NCBI GenBank assembly: GCA_038087875.1
Contig: CM075993.1
Coordinates: 4,590,001 to 4,654,000, forward strand
Direction of reading: 5' to 3'
DNA length: 64,000 nt
Source: Malacoraja senta
Taxonomy: Eukaryota
Position 1 is the first letter of the stretch; each line of letters opens with the position of its first letter. This document shows, piece after piece, positions 11,184 through 23,094 of the stretch. The notes beneath the pieces were generated by a model, which made no database searches, had not been told where the DNA came from, and was given only the letters and a program-made list of their open reading frames with translations. The position numbers were made by a program, and so were the translations under genes.

Positions 11184-11421
11184 CTGAAAAGTGGGAAGAT
11201 CCAAAAATGCAAAGCTGTTCAGGAAGCGAAGACTCTGGATTGCGACATGAATAGTGTGTTGAGGGTAGATTTCAGCCGGTGGGGAGGTGTTGTGGTCAGG
11301 GACTGTACCGTGGAGGAGGATGCAGTAAAGCATGTTGAGAACGCCCACCAGCTCCGTAGACTGCAACACTGCCGTTAGTCCAGTTGGGTCGTGCCTTTTG
11401 TTCTCAAATATGTTGTGCGAT
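11184..11421 (-). CDS. SCAPER: SCAPER coding exon (SHNIFENKRHDPTGLTAVLQSTELVGVLNMLYCILLHG...LDLPTFQ)
   Basis: Acceptor ttggcag|A, donor CAG|gtgaga; 238 nt, phase 2->0; DPTGLT..LQ.T.L.GVL.MLYC.L.HG motif. Confidence 0.95.
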
Positions 11422-12818
11422 CTGCCAAAATGACAGGCTAACTCGTTAGGGTAAACACATTGATGTACTAATACGTTAAGGCCATGAGATTGGATAAACC
11501 TTACAACAACTTATTTCTCCTAAAAAATATATATACTTAGGTCCATTCACCTTGCTCTTTCCTCATTTTTGAAATTGGTTTATTTTCTGGCCTATATTCA
11601 ATTCTCTTTTGAAAATTAATATTAATCTGCTTCATCAACTTTGCTTGCAGTGAATTTCATTGCAATAACTCATTGCAATATAAACTATTGTACTCATTTC
11701 CCCATCGGGTCAATATGAAATGGTTTTAATTTTCTAAGGACAGACTATATTATGTAAAAAAACATAAAGAGACTGGAGGAACTCAGCAGGTCAGGCAACA
11801 TCTGTGGAGGGAATAGAAACATAGAAAATCGGTGCAGGAGGAGGCCATTCGGCCCTTCGAGCCAGCACCGCCATTCATTGTGATCATGGCTGAACGTCCC
11901 CTATCAATAACCTGTGACAGGCAATGACCTGAAACATCATCTGTTAGAGTCTGCAGAAATGTGGTCTGCCCATTCTCTCTACAGATGCAACCTGACCCGC
12001 TGTATTCTGCTCAAGATTCCAGCATCTGCAGCTTATTGTGTCTCTACACGATGTGGGCTGACTGTGGCACAATCTAGGGTACATTTATTCAAGAGATGTG
12101 ATACCCCTTCCAGACAGGTAATTTCAGATTCACCTCAACAACTGCTGCAGTTTAATTTGAGTGTAAAGCAATCTGTTGCACCCACCCTGTGTCCAGGTCA
12201 CTTTACTCGCTTTTTCTTCCATCATCAATTGCCCATTCTTAAACGTTGGCATGGTTTACTGGGTCGACTGCCAACTCTGAAGGTTCACTAGGGGCACTGA
12301 ATCAGGTATCAGGACCATGGTGCGTATCACCATACAGTTACAGATTCTCAGCTGCTGCCTCAACTGACTATTTCTACTGTGAAAAGGCAAAACAAAAACA
12401 AAAAAAACTTTCTACTATATATAGATCAAGAGCAACAAGTAAATCAAATCTTAAAACTTAAAAAGATTGTTGCAAGATAGTTTTAGTTTCTATACGATGC
12501 AAAACCTGTTCTTTCAGAAAGGTAAACTGATCGAATGAAAAGTTCCCTTTCTTCAACAGCTCAGCTTAGATGCCTAATGTCATCTATGTTACTTGTGATG
12601 TCAGTTGACAGGCAGCTTCTTGTACTGGAGCCATAACAGATCAGAGGTCAACACTTGATTCCAGTCATACAGACTTTGCTTCAGACTAACTGAGTCGCTT
12701 GATGCGTTTCAAACGGAGATTTAGGTTTGCTTAACAAAACTTGCTGTAATCAGTGTGGGAATGATACGAATCTACAGTTGAATCAGATTTAAAGTATGCA
12801 GAAATAACTTTTACTGTA

Positions 12819-13527
12819 GAGTAAACCCTCACTATAACGGACCACTGAGGGGGGGGGTGGGGTGGGGGGAATGGCATGTTATTGCCGATTGTCCATTATA
12901 ACCGAGTGAGGGGGGTAAATTTAACCCAAGGCAGGGCAGTAATATGTGCTGTGTTGGGGGGGGTTAAACAAGCGGAAATTCACAGGACGGGGTGCTGTAG
13001 CGCCCCCGGCCCCACATGCTGTGCACTGGGGACAGGCCCAGTATTCACGCCACTTTCATGCTGCTCGATCTCTCCGCTCCCACAACCGGGAGCTTCTGCC
13101 ACCTGGCTCCAACACACGTGGGTAACTGGTGGAAGTGGAGGAGGGCAGTGGAACGGGAGCCTCGGTCCATCCGCTATAACCAAAATCCGCTATACTGAGG
13201 TCAGTTATTGCAAGGGTTTAAGTAAAGGGCCACAGTTTAAGAATAAGGAGTAAGCCATTTAGAACGGAGACGAGGAAACGCTTATTCTCACAGAGAGTGG
13301 TGAGTCTGTGGAATTCTCTGCCTCAGAGGGCGGTGGAGGCAGGTTCTCTGGATGCTTTCAAGAGAGAGCTAGATGGGGCTCTGAAAAATAGCGGAGTCAG
13401 GGGATATGGGGAGAAGGCAGGAACGGGGTACTGATTGGGGATGATCAGCCATGATCACATTGAATGGCGGTGCTGGCTCGAAGGGCCGAATGGCCTACTC
13501 CTGCACCTATTGTCTATTGTTTTACTG
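12819..13527. mobile_element. Tc1/mariner (pogo/Tigger-like) MITE interrupted by a CR1 3' fragment
   Basis: Left end ta|gagtaaaccctcactataac; right end gttattgcaagggttta…ctg|ta split by CR1 sequence at about 13221-13520; TA flanks. Confidence 0.65.
13221..13520 (+). mobile_element. CR1/HER1-type LINE 3' end
   Basis: gggccacagtttaagaataagg…cagagagtggtgagtctgtggaattctctg…gggccgaatggcctactcctgcacctattgtctattg. Confidence 0.88.
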
Positions 13528-14177
13528 TATCTTAACAAACTCAAAATATTGCAAGGCAATCTATAAACTATGAAGTACTTCTCCCATTGTGGTTGGAGTA
13601 AAGGACACAGAAGCCAATTTGCACACAGCATGGTCAATAGGCAATATCATGATCATCACCTTATAATTATTTAGATTGACAAACTAAAACTGCAGATGCT
13701 AGAAACATCAAATAAAAACTGAAATACAGATATTCTGCAGAGTGTAGCGTGAGCAACAAAGTTCTTAGTACCAGTCATTGACAGAACCAGAAAAGTAATG
13801 AAATATTGAGAAATGCATAAAAAGATACCAAGTATTGGAGTAACTTAGTGGGTCAGGCAGGATTTCTGGAGAACACATATAGTTCATGGGGAACAGGGCA
13901 AGTGTTTAAAGCACCACAGATACAACAGTACTTTTACTTTTCCTATCTGCTATTAACTTTTTATGCGCAGGAAGGAACTGCAGTTGCTGGTTTTCACCAA
14001 AGATAGACAAAACGCTGGAGTAACTCAGAGGGACAGGCAGCATCTCTGGGTAGAAGGAATGGGTGACGTTTCGGGTCAAGACCCTTTTTAAAATTCCAGA
14101 TTTGTTTGTTTTGTTGAATTTAAGTTCTTCCGCGGCTGTGGTGGGAGTCAAATTCATGCCATCTGGTCAGCGGTCTA

Positions 14178-14478
14178 GGTTTAATTTAGAGATAGGCCCT
14201 TCGGCCGACCAGGCCCACGCCGACAATTGATCACCCGTACACTAGTTCTGTGGTATCCCAGTTTCACATCCTGTACACTAGGGACAATTTACAGAAGCCA
14301 ATTTACCTACAAATCTGCACGTCTTTGGAATGTGGGAGGAAACCGGAGCACCCGGAGTAAACCCACGAGGTCACAGGGAGAATGTGCAAATATCCACACA
14401 GACGGCACCCGTTGTCAGGATCGAACTGGGGTTTCTGGCGCTGTGAGGCAGCAACTCTACCGTTGTGCCACTGTGCTG
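14178..14478 (-). mobile_element. HE1-type V-SINE
   Basis: Reverse-complement tRNA-like head, V-domain and tail. Confidence 0.82.
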
Positions 14479-14734
14479 CTCTCTAAGTCTCTATATTTAG
14501 TTGGGTAACTTAATAACATAGCACCGTACCCTGGCAAAAATGCAGGAACCCACCCTCCTTGTTTGTAGGCATGATAATTGGCGATTAGCAAACATTCTGT
14601 GTGAAGTCCAGAAATGACAAATTAAGAATACATTCACGATAAATTGATTTAAAGAAATCTATAGCTGTGAAAGGTTTGCTTGGTGTCTGTGCACTTAGAT
14701 AAAACTCCCAGCAATTTGCTACCTCGTCACTTAC

Positions 14735-14890
14735 CGATTGACAATAACGAAGCAAAGACGACACATACTGTGCAACAGGGCTGTAACATTCTGCAGGAAG
14801 GAGGCAATTTTAGGTTGTTCATCGACAGGCCCTTGTATGGAGAGGAAGCAGCCATACAACTTGTCAGTGAGTCCAGTATACACCACATAG
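14735..14890 (-). CDS. SCAPER: SCAPER coding exon (YVVYTGLTDKLYGCFLSIQGPVDEQPKIASFLQ...VIVNR)
   Basis: Branch point TACTAAC (14914-14920, minus), polypyrimidine tract and tctcag|C acceptor, donor CG|gtaagt; 156 nt, phase 2->2. Confidence 0.95.
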
Positions 14891-14940
14891 CTGAGAAAGA
14901 GGAGAAAATCTACGTTAGTAAAATAATTGAATATAGACTT

Positions 14941-15575
14941 TTTTTTTTTTTTAATTTTTAAAAAAAATTTAAAAAAATATATTTTTATTTTATTAGAAGT
15001 AAGTACAATTGTATACAATCATATTTTCATAATACCTTTTATGTACAGCTTCTTATTTAATTTTTTTTTGAAATAAAGAAGAAAAAGAAAAAAGTTAGGT
15101 AATGAAAAATAGAAAAATGTGAGATATATAGTGTGTGAAAAAGAAAAATAAAGAATGAAAAAAGAAAGTTGAGACATAGAAAATAGAAGAAAGAGAATAA
15201 AAGAAGAGAAGAGAAGAAAAGAAAATAGAAGGAGATCATTTATAATCTTGACCATCCGCAGTCACGGATTAGCTTTTACACCTGTTTTGCACCATATGTT
15301 TCCAAAAAGACGACAAATGGAGACCAACTCGTTATGAATTGGTCAAATTTATCTATTAGGAGGAATCGCATTTCCTCAAGATGTGCGGTATCCAACATAC
15401 TTGCAATCCACATTTTGAGCGTTGGTATTGGTGTATTTTTCCAAAATTTCAATATTAATTTTTTTGCTATTATTAAACCATAATTAAAAATTGACTTTTC
15501 AGATGAGCTCAATTTGTTCCCGTCTTCCATTACCCCAAATATAATCAATTCATTATTGGGTTCCATTTTTGTCTT
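14941..15575 (-). mobile_element. 5'-truncated L1-clade LINE with 20-bp TSD
   Basis: TSD aaataattgaatatagactt at 14921-14940 and 15576-15595; ORF2 C-terminus (…AKKLILKFWK…PTLKMW…LEEMRF…F..SWSPF), T-rich 3' UTR, AATAAA and poly(A) on the minus strand. Confidence 0.9.
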
Positions 15576-16397
15576 AAATAATTGAATATAGACTTAACTA
15601 GCATTCCCAAAAATATGTACACCATTTTCATTCTAAATTTCCTAACCATTCTCGTAAGGGAAACCACCCATCTAATTCTGGACGGGTGAAGTCCATGATG
15701 GAAGAAGTTTATGCAGGTATTTTGCTTTATAAATGCAGAGAAAGATTTATAAGATATATGAGAAATTAAGGACAGGATGCTGCTGTAAAATAGTATCTCA
15801 ATTGATTGGCTTTTCACTTGGTTTTGACTTTTCATCTGCAATGATAAGGGAGATTAATTGATTGAGTCTTCTTCTTGCGTATGGCGTGCACAGCCTAAAG
15901 TTGTAGGACAACTTGTTCTATTTGATCTTATTTGATTGTGCACGCTGGGTTGATTGCATTCGTCGAAACAGGTTGCAATCTCCCACCCCCAACTGATTGA
16001 GGAAAATAATTTTTCCTCAAAGTGAACTTGGATATGGTTTGGAATGTGAAAAAAAAAGGTTACAAATTCAACTGATTTTTGCAAAACAACGCTAAAATAT
16101 GCTCAGCAAAATTTGAATCATACCTGGGAACCCCATTGTAACTGTTCTAATAAAAGTTGTTAAGGAACAAGAAAGCCCAAACTTCCACTTTTTATTTGTA
16201 TCAGGTGAGACAATATGACATGACTGAACAGAATACAGGTTCCCAAACAGCTTGCCCATGGATTGGAAATGTTGTTGGAGGATTGGCCTCGGGGATATTT
16301 ACTCTCTGTTCAAATATGATCAAGTATATGGAAACCCAATAATTAAAGAGGCAATCCGGTGTTTGGGAACAAAAGTATTCCAATACTTTGTAACAAC

Positions 16398-16688
16398 TGG
16401 GCAACACAGTGGCGCAGCGGTAGAGATGCTGCCTCACAGCAACCCAGGTTCGATCCTAACTACGGGTGCTGTCTGTACGGAGTTTGTACATTCTCCCTGT
16501 GACTGCATGGGTTTCCTTTGGGTGCTTTGGTTTCCTCCAAGATTCCAAAGAAGTGGAACTTTGTAGGTCAACAGACTTCCGTAAATTGCCCCTAGTGTGT
16601 AGGACATTGAGCTGGTGTACGGGGTGATGGATGGTCGATGTGTGCTGAAGAGCCCGTTTCCCTGTTGCATATATAAACTAAACTAAAT
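16398..16688 (+). mobile_element. HE1-type V-SINE
   Basis: acagtggcgcagcggtagag head, ggttcgatcc B-box, (taaac)n tail. Confidence 0.82.
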
Positions 16689-17884
16689 TGCATGGGTGCA
16701 GCCTCTCCTTCTACAAAGTGGGTAAAAATAATAACATTATTATTATTAAGCATAGTCAAAAAATTGTGTTGCCATCTCTGTACATGTAACCTGTCTTCAA
16801 GGCTGGCAAACTGAATTTGAAGAATTCTGCTGTCTATAACCAGCACAGACCAGTCAATTCCTGGCCAGAACATTTGCGAAAGGTTTCACGACAGAACCTC
16901 GATTGTCGGATGGAGGCAGGGATAGGGGTCGGATAATCAAGACGACTTGTTTATTTGGGATAGACACAAAAAGCTGGAGTAACTCAGTGGGACAGGCAGC
17001 ATCTCTGGAGAGACGGAATGGGTGACGTTTTGGGTCGAGACCCTTCTTTAGATTTGGGATGTATGTTCATTCCGGCTACTATGGACTTGGGGAAACTGTG
17101 CCTGTAGCTCTTCCCACCACAATCTTACCTCAAGAGAAAGTAATTGGATGACAAGCGTTCTACAAATTTACAAGTTAGCTTGAGTATTCGGACTGGAATG
17201 AGGGAAGGAAAACAGATAAACTCTTTGTTCAAATTAAGAAGTAAATTTGAACTAATGAAAGATCTGGTGTCATTGCTTGGGATTAATCCCACTCCAAACT
17301 CAGTCAATGTCACAGAACCACAGTGAAATCTTTATGTAACTTCCTGTACCATTTATCCCTCTTCTCATCTCACACTGTCTTCATCTTTCATGAGTAGAAA
17401 TTGGATCTATTGGCAGCCGTTTTCATGAGCAAATGGAGAATAAAAGCAATTGTATCAAGGTTAGATTGCACTAGGAATTTTACTTCTGGTGAAATTAGGT
17501 TGGCTATGTCTGTGTGTAATTCATTTTGGCACAGCTGATGTTTCCTTGGTTTCAGTTGTGCCATTGCTAGTATAAATTGAAACCTCTGGGAACTTCTGCA
17601 TTGGAGTAAATTGCACTGATATGGGCAATGAGTCTTCAGTTAAAGGGACTGGTCACATCTTTTGCAAGTCTCAGTTTTTAAAGCTCAGGGTAAGGGATAA
17701 AGGCGTTGTTGGTTGTTCCATCACTGCTCATTGCTTCTTTACACAAATCGTGCGATCTCTGCCCTCTTGATCATATTCTACCTGTGGCATGGAATCAGCA
17801 CAGGACTCAACTGGGCAGACTAATATGTCAAGGAGGAACTTTTCCCCCTCTCTCCCACATCTTCCCTCAGTTTCATAGCAGCCA

Positions 17885-18645
17885 TTTAGTTTCACTTTAG
17901 TTTATTGCCATGTGTACCGAGGTACAGTGAAAAGCTTTTGTTGCGTGCTATCCAGCCGGCAGAAGGACAATATATGTTTACAATCGAGCCATTTACATCT
18001 TATAGATACATGATAAGGGAATAACGTTTAGTGCAAGGTAAAGCCAGCAATGTCCGATCATGGATAGTCCGAGGGTCACCAAATAGGTAGACAGCAAAGA
18101 TCGTATAGCAAGCAAGATAGATCACTCGACGAAAAAGACGTAGTACGGTCATGGGCAGATTCATGGGTAATTTTCGGCCCCATTTCCGTAACCGGCTTCC
18201 GTCTCCGCACCAAAGATCCCATAGCGGAGCAAAGATACTAGTGCGGAGACGGAAGCCGGTTACGGAAACATCCTCGTAAAAATTAAAGTTATTTGGTAAA
18301 AATCTTCTCCTCATTTTCAGAATTATAATTTATTAACACAAACTGTTCCCCCGCAACGTTGATTACACTACGAGGCGGGTCGGGTCGGGTTACGGAAATG
18401 GATGAAAAAAAGGCCCACGTTCCGCTCCGTTGCGTACTACACGTCAGCCCATTGCATTTAGAGAGAGTGATCTATCTTGCTCCGCTATAGGATCTTTGGT
18501 AGACAGTAGTTCAGCACCGCTCTCTGGTTGTGGTCGGATCATTCAGTTGCCTGATAACATCTGGGAAGAAACTGTGTCTGAATCTGGAGGTGTGTGTTTT
18601 CACACTTTTGCCTGATGGGAGAGGGGAGAAGAGGGAGTGGTCAGG
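17885..18645 (-). mobile_element. Rex1/Babar-type LINE 3' end (host of the 18095 MITE)
   Basis: tttagtttattgccatgtgtaccgaggtacagtgaaaagctttt tail shared with 9835-9885, 45425 and 52680; continues after the MITE with gggaagaaactgtgtctgaatctggagg. Confidence 0.7.
18095..18498. mobile_element. Non-autonomous DNA transposon with 8-bp TSD and about 34-bp TIRs (P- or hAT-like)
   Basis: TSD gtagacag (18087-18094, 18499-18506); TIRs caaagatcgtatagcaagcaagatagatcactc / gagtgatctatcttgctccgctataggatctttg. Confidence 0.9.
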
Positions 18646-18910
18646 TGCACTATGCCTGTCATGGGGAGAGAAGCTTTAACGGTCTGATATGTTCCCCAGT
18701 AAATGGGGTCAGCATGATGCAGCAGCCGTGAGCTTGTCAAGCAGCTCACTCTAGGAACTGTATGTCGAGCTGCTATTTTAGCTGATGCGACAGTGCACAA
18801 TTTCCCACAGCACTGTTTCTAATGTGCTTTTGCCAATTAAACAGTTGATTCAAATGGGTATTCCTGCTGCAACGCACACATGCTCAGTGCTTCAAAACAA
18901 AAATGCAATT

Positions 18911-19760
18911 TCAGATTCAGATTCAACTTTATCAGATTCAGATTCAACTTTATTGTCATTGTGCAGTGTACAGTACAGAGACAACGAAATGCAGTTAGCA
19001 TCTCCCTAGAAGAGCGACATAAATATGAGCAATAAATAAATCTAATAAATCCTGTTGGGAGGAGTGTCCGGGGGGTGATTGGCAGTCACCGAGGTACAGT
19101 GTTGAGTAGTGTAACAGCCGCAGGGAAGAAGCTGTTCCTGGACCTGCTGGTCCGACAACGGAGAGACCTGTAGCGCCTCCCGGATGGTAGGAGGGTAAAC
19201 AGTCTGTGGTTGGGGTGAGAGCAGTTCTTGGCGATGCTGAGCGCCCTTCGCAGACAACGCTTGCTTTGGACAGACTCAATGGAGGGGAGTGAGGAACCGG
19301 TGATGCGTTGGGCAATTTTCACCACCCTCTGCAGTGCTTTCCGGTCGGAGACAGAGCAGTTGCCATACCATACTGTGATGCAGTTGGTAAGGATGCTCTC
19401 GATGGTGCAGCGGTAGAAGTTCACCAGAATCTGAGGAGACAGATGGACCTTCTTTAGTCTCCTCAGGAAGAAGAGACGCTGGTGAGCCTTCTTGACCAGA
19501 GTTGAGGTATTGTGGGTCCAAGAGAGGTCATCGGAGATGTTGACCCCCAGGAACCTGAAGCTGGAAACACGTTCCACCTCCGTCCCGTTAATGTGGATGA
19601 GGGTGTGCGTGCCGCCCCTAGACTTCCTGAAGTCTACAATGAGCTCCTTGGTCTTCTTGGAGTTAAGGGCCAGGTTGTTGTCAGTGCACCATGCTGCTAG
19701 GAGCTGGACCTCCTCCCTATAGGCCGACTCATCGTTGTTGCTGATGAGGCCAATCATCAT
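18911..19760 (-). mobile_element. 5'-truncated Rex1/Babar LINE with uninterrupted RT C-terminal ORF (224 aa)
   Basis: ORF 19086-19760: NDESAYREEV…WC.DNNL.LN..KTKELIVDFRK…FLGV.ISDDLSW…KKAHQRLFFLRRLKK…FYRCTIESILT.CITVWYG; (atctga)n tail with a 21-bp duplication at 18911-18952. Confidence 0.92.
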
Positions 19761-20274
19761 TTCTAAACGCTACGTTTTATTTTGTAGTAACAGTAGAAAT
19801 TTTGGTTACAATAAAACTTTAATGTAGATGAAATCCAACTTTGCTTGACAAATGGTGGCGCAATAAAAAGACAATTGGTTAAAACTCCTTGTATGTAATA
19901 AATGTTCTTCAGGGAGCCATGTTGCATAAGACTTCAACTTCAATGTGATGAATGGTGAAGTTGATTTATAGAACATACAACATAGAAACAGGCCTTTTTC
20001 TCTACGATGTCGGTGACGAACATGATGGCAAATTAAACTCATTCCTTACACATGATCTATATCCCTTCATTCTCTGCATTTCCATGTACCTATCTAAAAG
20101 CCTCTTAAACATCACAATCATATCAGCTTCCACCACCACAACTGGCAGTGAGTTCTACACATGTACCACTCTCTGTGCAAAAAAACCTGTCCCACACATC
20201 TCCTTTGAACATTCCCCCTTTTACCTCAATGCTACACCCTTGAGTATTTGACATTTCCTTCCTGAGAAGATTAC

Positions 20275-20822
20275 AGAGAGTCGGTATGTCAAGGAGGACT
20301 CTCTCTAACTTCTACTGGTGCACAGTAGAGAGCATGCTGACTGGTTGCATCGTGGCTTGGTTCGGAAACTTGAGCGCCCTGGAGCGGAAAAGACTACAAA
20401 AAGTAGTAAACACTGCCCAGTCCATCATCGGCTCTGACCTCCCTTCCATCGAGGGGATCTATCACAGTCGCTGCCTCATAAAGGCTGGCAGTATCATCAA
20501 GGACCCACACCATCTCCCCACTACCTTCAGGTAGAAGGTACAGGAGCCTGAAGACTGCAACGTCCAGGTTCAGGAATAGCTACTTCCCCACAGCAATCAG
20601 GCTATTAAACTCGGCTCGGACAAAACACTGAACATTAATAGCCCCTTATCTGTTAATTTGCACTTTATCAGTTTATTTATTCATGTGTGTATATATTTAT
20701 ACAATGGTATATGGACACACTGATCTGTTCTGTATTCGTGCCTACGATGTTCTGTTGTGCTAAAGCAAAGCAAGAATTTCAGGGACACATGACAATAAAC
20801 TCTCTTGAATCTTGAACTTGAA
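20275..20822 (+). mobile_element. Rex1/Babar LINE 3' fragment nested in a minus-strand CR1 fragment
   Basis: NFYWCTVESMLTGCIVAWFGN…RKRLQKVVNTAQSIIG; tail gacaataaactctcttgaatcttgaacttgaa; CR1 sequence on both sides. Confidence 0.85.
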
Positions 20823-20974
20823 CATGAACATTTCTACCCTATCTATGCCTCTCATAAGTTAATAAACTTCTATCAGGTCTCCCCTTAGTAGCCACCATTG
20901 CTCCAGAGAAAACAATGCAAGTTTGTCCAACTTTTTCTTATAGCTAAAACCTTCTAATCCAGCATCCTGGTAAA

Positions 20975-21211
20975 ATGTAGAAACAAAGAACTGCACATGC
21001 TGTTTTACAAAAGAAAATGGAGCGCTGGAGTAGCTCAGCAAGTCAGGCAGCATGTCAGAGGAACATGGATAGGCGAAGTTTCAGGCCAGTAACCTTCCTC
21101 AGACTCCAGTCTTCTCCAGCCTGAAGGGTCCCGACCCAAAAGATCGCCTAATCATGTTCCCCTGAGATGCTGCCTGACCCACTCAGCTACTCCAGCAGTC
21201 TGTGCCTTCTT
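20975..21211. mobile_element. Penelope-derived palindromic mini-element with 15-bp TSD
   Basis: TSD cagcatcctggtaaa at 20960-20974 and 21212-21226. Confidence 0.85.
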
Positions 21212-23094
21212 CAGCATCCTGGTAAACATCTCTCACAAGCCTCTACATTCATCTTTCCTGTAATGGGGCAACAAAATCACAATCAGTTAGTTGAAAGAAG
21301 ATGGACGTAGGCCATGGGGACAATTCAATGCCCTTACTATTGCTGCATGATGTTCAGCATCCATTAGAGCACACATACTGTCTGATAAAAATGACTTGCA
21401 AGACAACATAAGCTCTCAATTTTGCTACCCTTTCCTGCCTCTTTCCTCCAGACTGTCTACATCAGTGTGATGACCTGCATATATACTCAGCCTTGCAGTG
21501 GGGCACAAATACAACATAATCAGGCTCAGCAGGAATTCAATCCAGCTTTTCACAAAAACCCTGCATGCATCATGAACTGAAGTAATGTGGCGTTGATTCC
21601 AAAGACACAGCTGGTGCTGACAGCATCCTGTGCTACGGGTACCGATCGGGCAGCGTATACTTTCAGACTATCGGGAAATGACATGATCTGGGATTTTGAT
21701 GCCATGGACCTAAAAGTCTAGAAATGGATGTAATCCGTAGCAGTGGACTTAAATCCACCGTGGAACCCAATCTATACTTCTCGGACATAACCCTATAGAA
21801 ACTAGACATTGAAAGACCAAACAGAAAACGACTTCGTTATCAAACAAATGAACTCAAAATATCATTCTTTTAGGATATGTTATGATAGGGTGGGAGGGAT
21901 AGAAAGGGGAAAATAGTTAGCCAAAGACTACCTTGCTGCCAGTGATATATCACAGGTTTACATATGAATGAATGTTTGAGGAGGCGTAGATTGGCTCTGA
22001 TGTCTATCGCTGTTCAATATCTTATTGAAATTTAATGTCATTACCAAGGTACCCCAGGATCAGTGATAAATGAAGTTTCTAGGCGATGAGAGGAAGGGGG
22101 GGGGGGGGGGGGAGAAAGAGTTTATTTAAAAGGAAGTTTTGAACAGATGATTTTCTGTCACTACCTACAAAAGAAACTCGAATTAAAAAGCGGTTTGGTT
22201 TAACAAATGAGACAATTTGATTTTGAGATTAATAGAACAGATTATCTTTCTCCAAGGATGAAAGCTTTTTCCTCCACCCAACAGCCAAGTCATTTAATGC
22301 AACATACATTCGTGTAATTTGTACCTAATAATAATCCTAAAGGAAATCCAATACTTTTACCAAGAAAATGGCTTTCCAGACAGACTTGTCATTATACCTT
22401 CTGTCTATTTGTGACCAAGTGCTTCCACGTTCTCTCACTGCCCCACAACTTCAACTCATTCCTAACTGCATCTGCACCCTGCCATAGATTCTACGCCCTG
22501 CCCATCCCCTGCAATGCCATGGGTAGCTGTCTCAGCTTACTCTGCCTCTGGCATTAACCAAGTTCAGTCCACCTGAAACCTTCACAGCACAGTTCCATCA
22601 ATCAGCAAACCTTCCCACTTTTTACATATTCCTTTCGCATTCATCGAATAATTGCTCACAACTACATCAATATGGCAGAATTGTTTAATCAGCTAACATT
22701 TGTCAGGCTATTTTTCCGTTCTGGTAACCTGCTTGTGTCTCTCTTCATTAGTGATAGCAAGTGTTAGCAATATTTTTATTAACAAAAGGTGAAGGCAGCG
22801 GCAATTACAGCCAGGCCTGACCCTCTCCTGGATTCCTGAACCTTATCTTTCCAAGTCATTGTTGGAGGATTTTAATTAAGAAAAGGAAAACCTCTCCTGA
22901 CTTTTTTTCCCTGCCCCAGCACTGGAGCGATGAGGCATTACTATCTAGTATCACCCTGCCTCCTGATTACTCCCTGAATAAAACTAACTGAGAGTGTGCT
23001 TAAGAAGGAACTGCAGATGCTGGAAAATCAAAGGTAGACAAAATTGCTGGAGAAACTCAGTGGGTGAGGCAGCATCTATGGAGCGAAGGAAATA

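Noticed and set aside
15019..15255. Hydrophobic F/L-rich ORFs resembling membrane proteins
   Set aside because: Translation of the T-rich L1 3' UTR.
21545..21920. Possible decayed viral or retroelement coding fragment ending in a purine tract
   Set aside because: Frames are interrupted by stops and I could not recognise a domain; a TBLASTX search would be needed.
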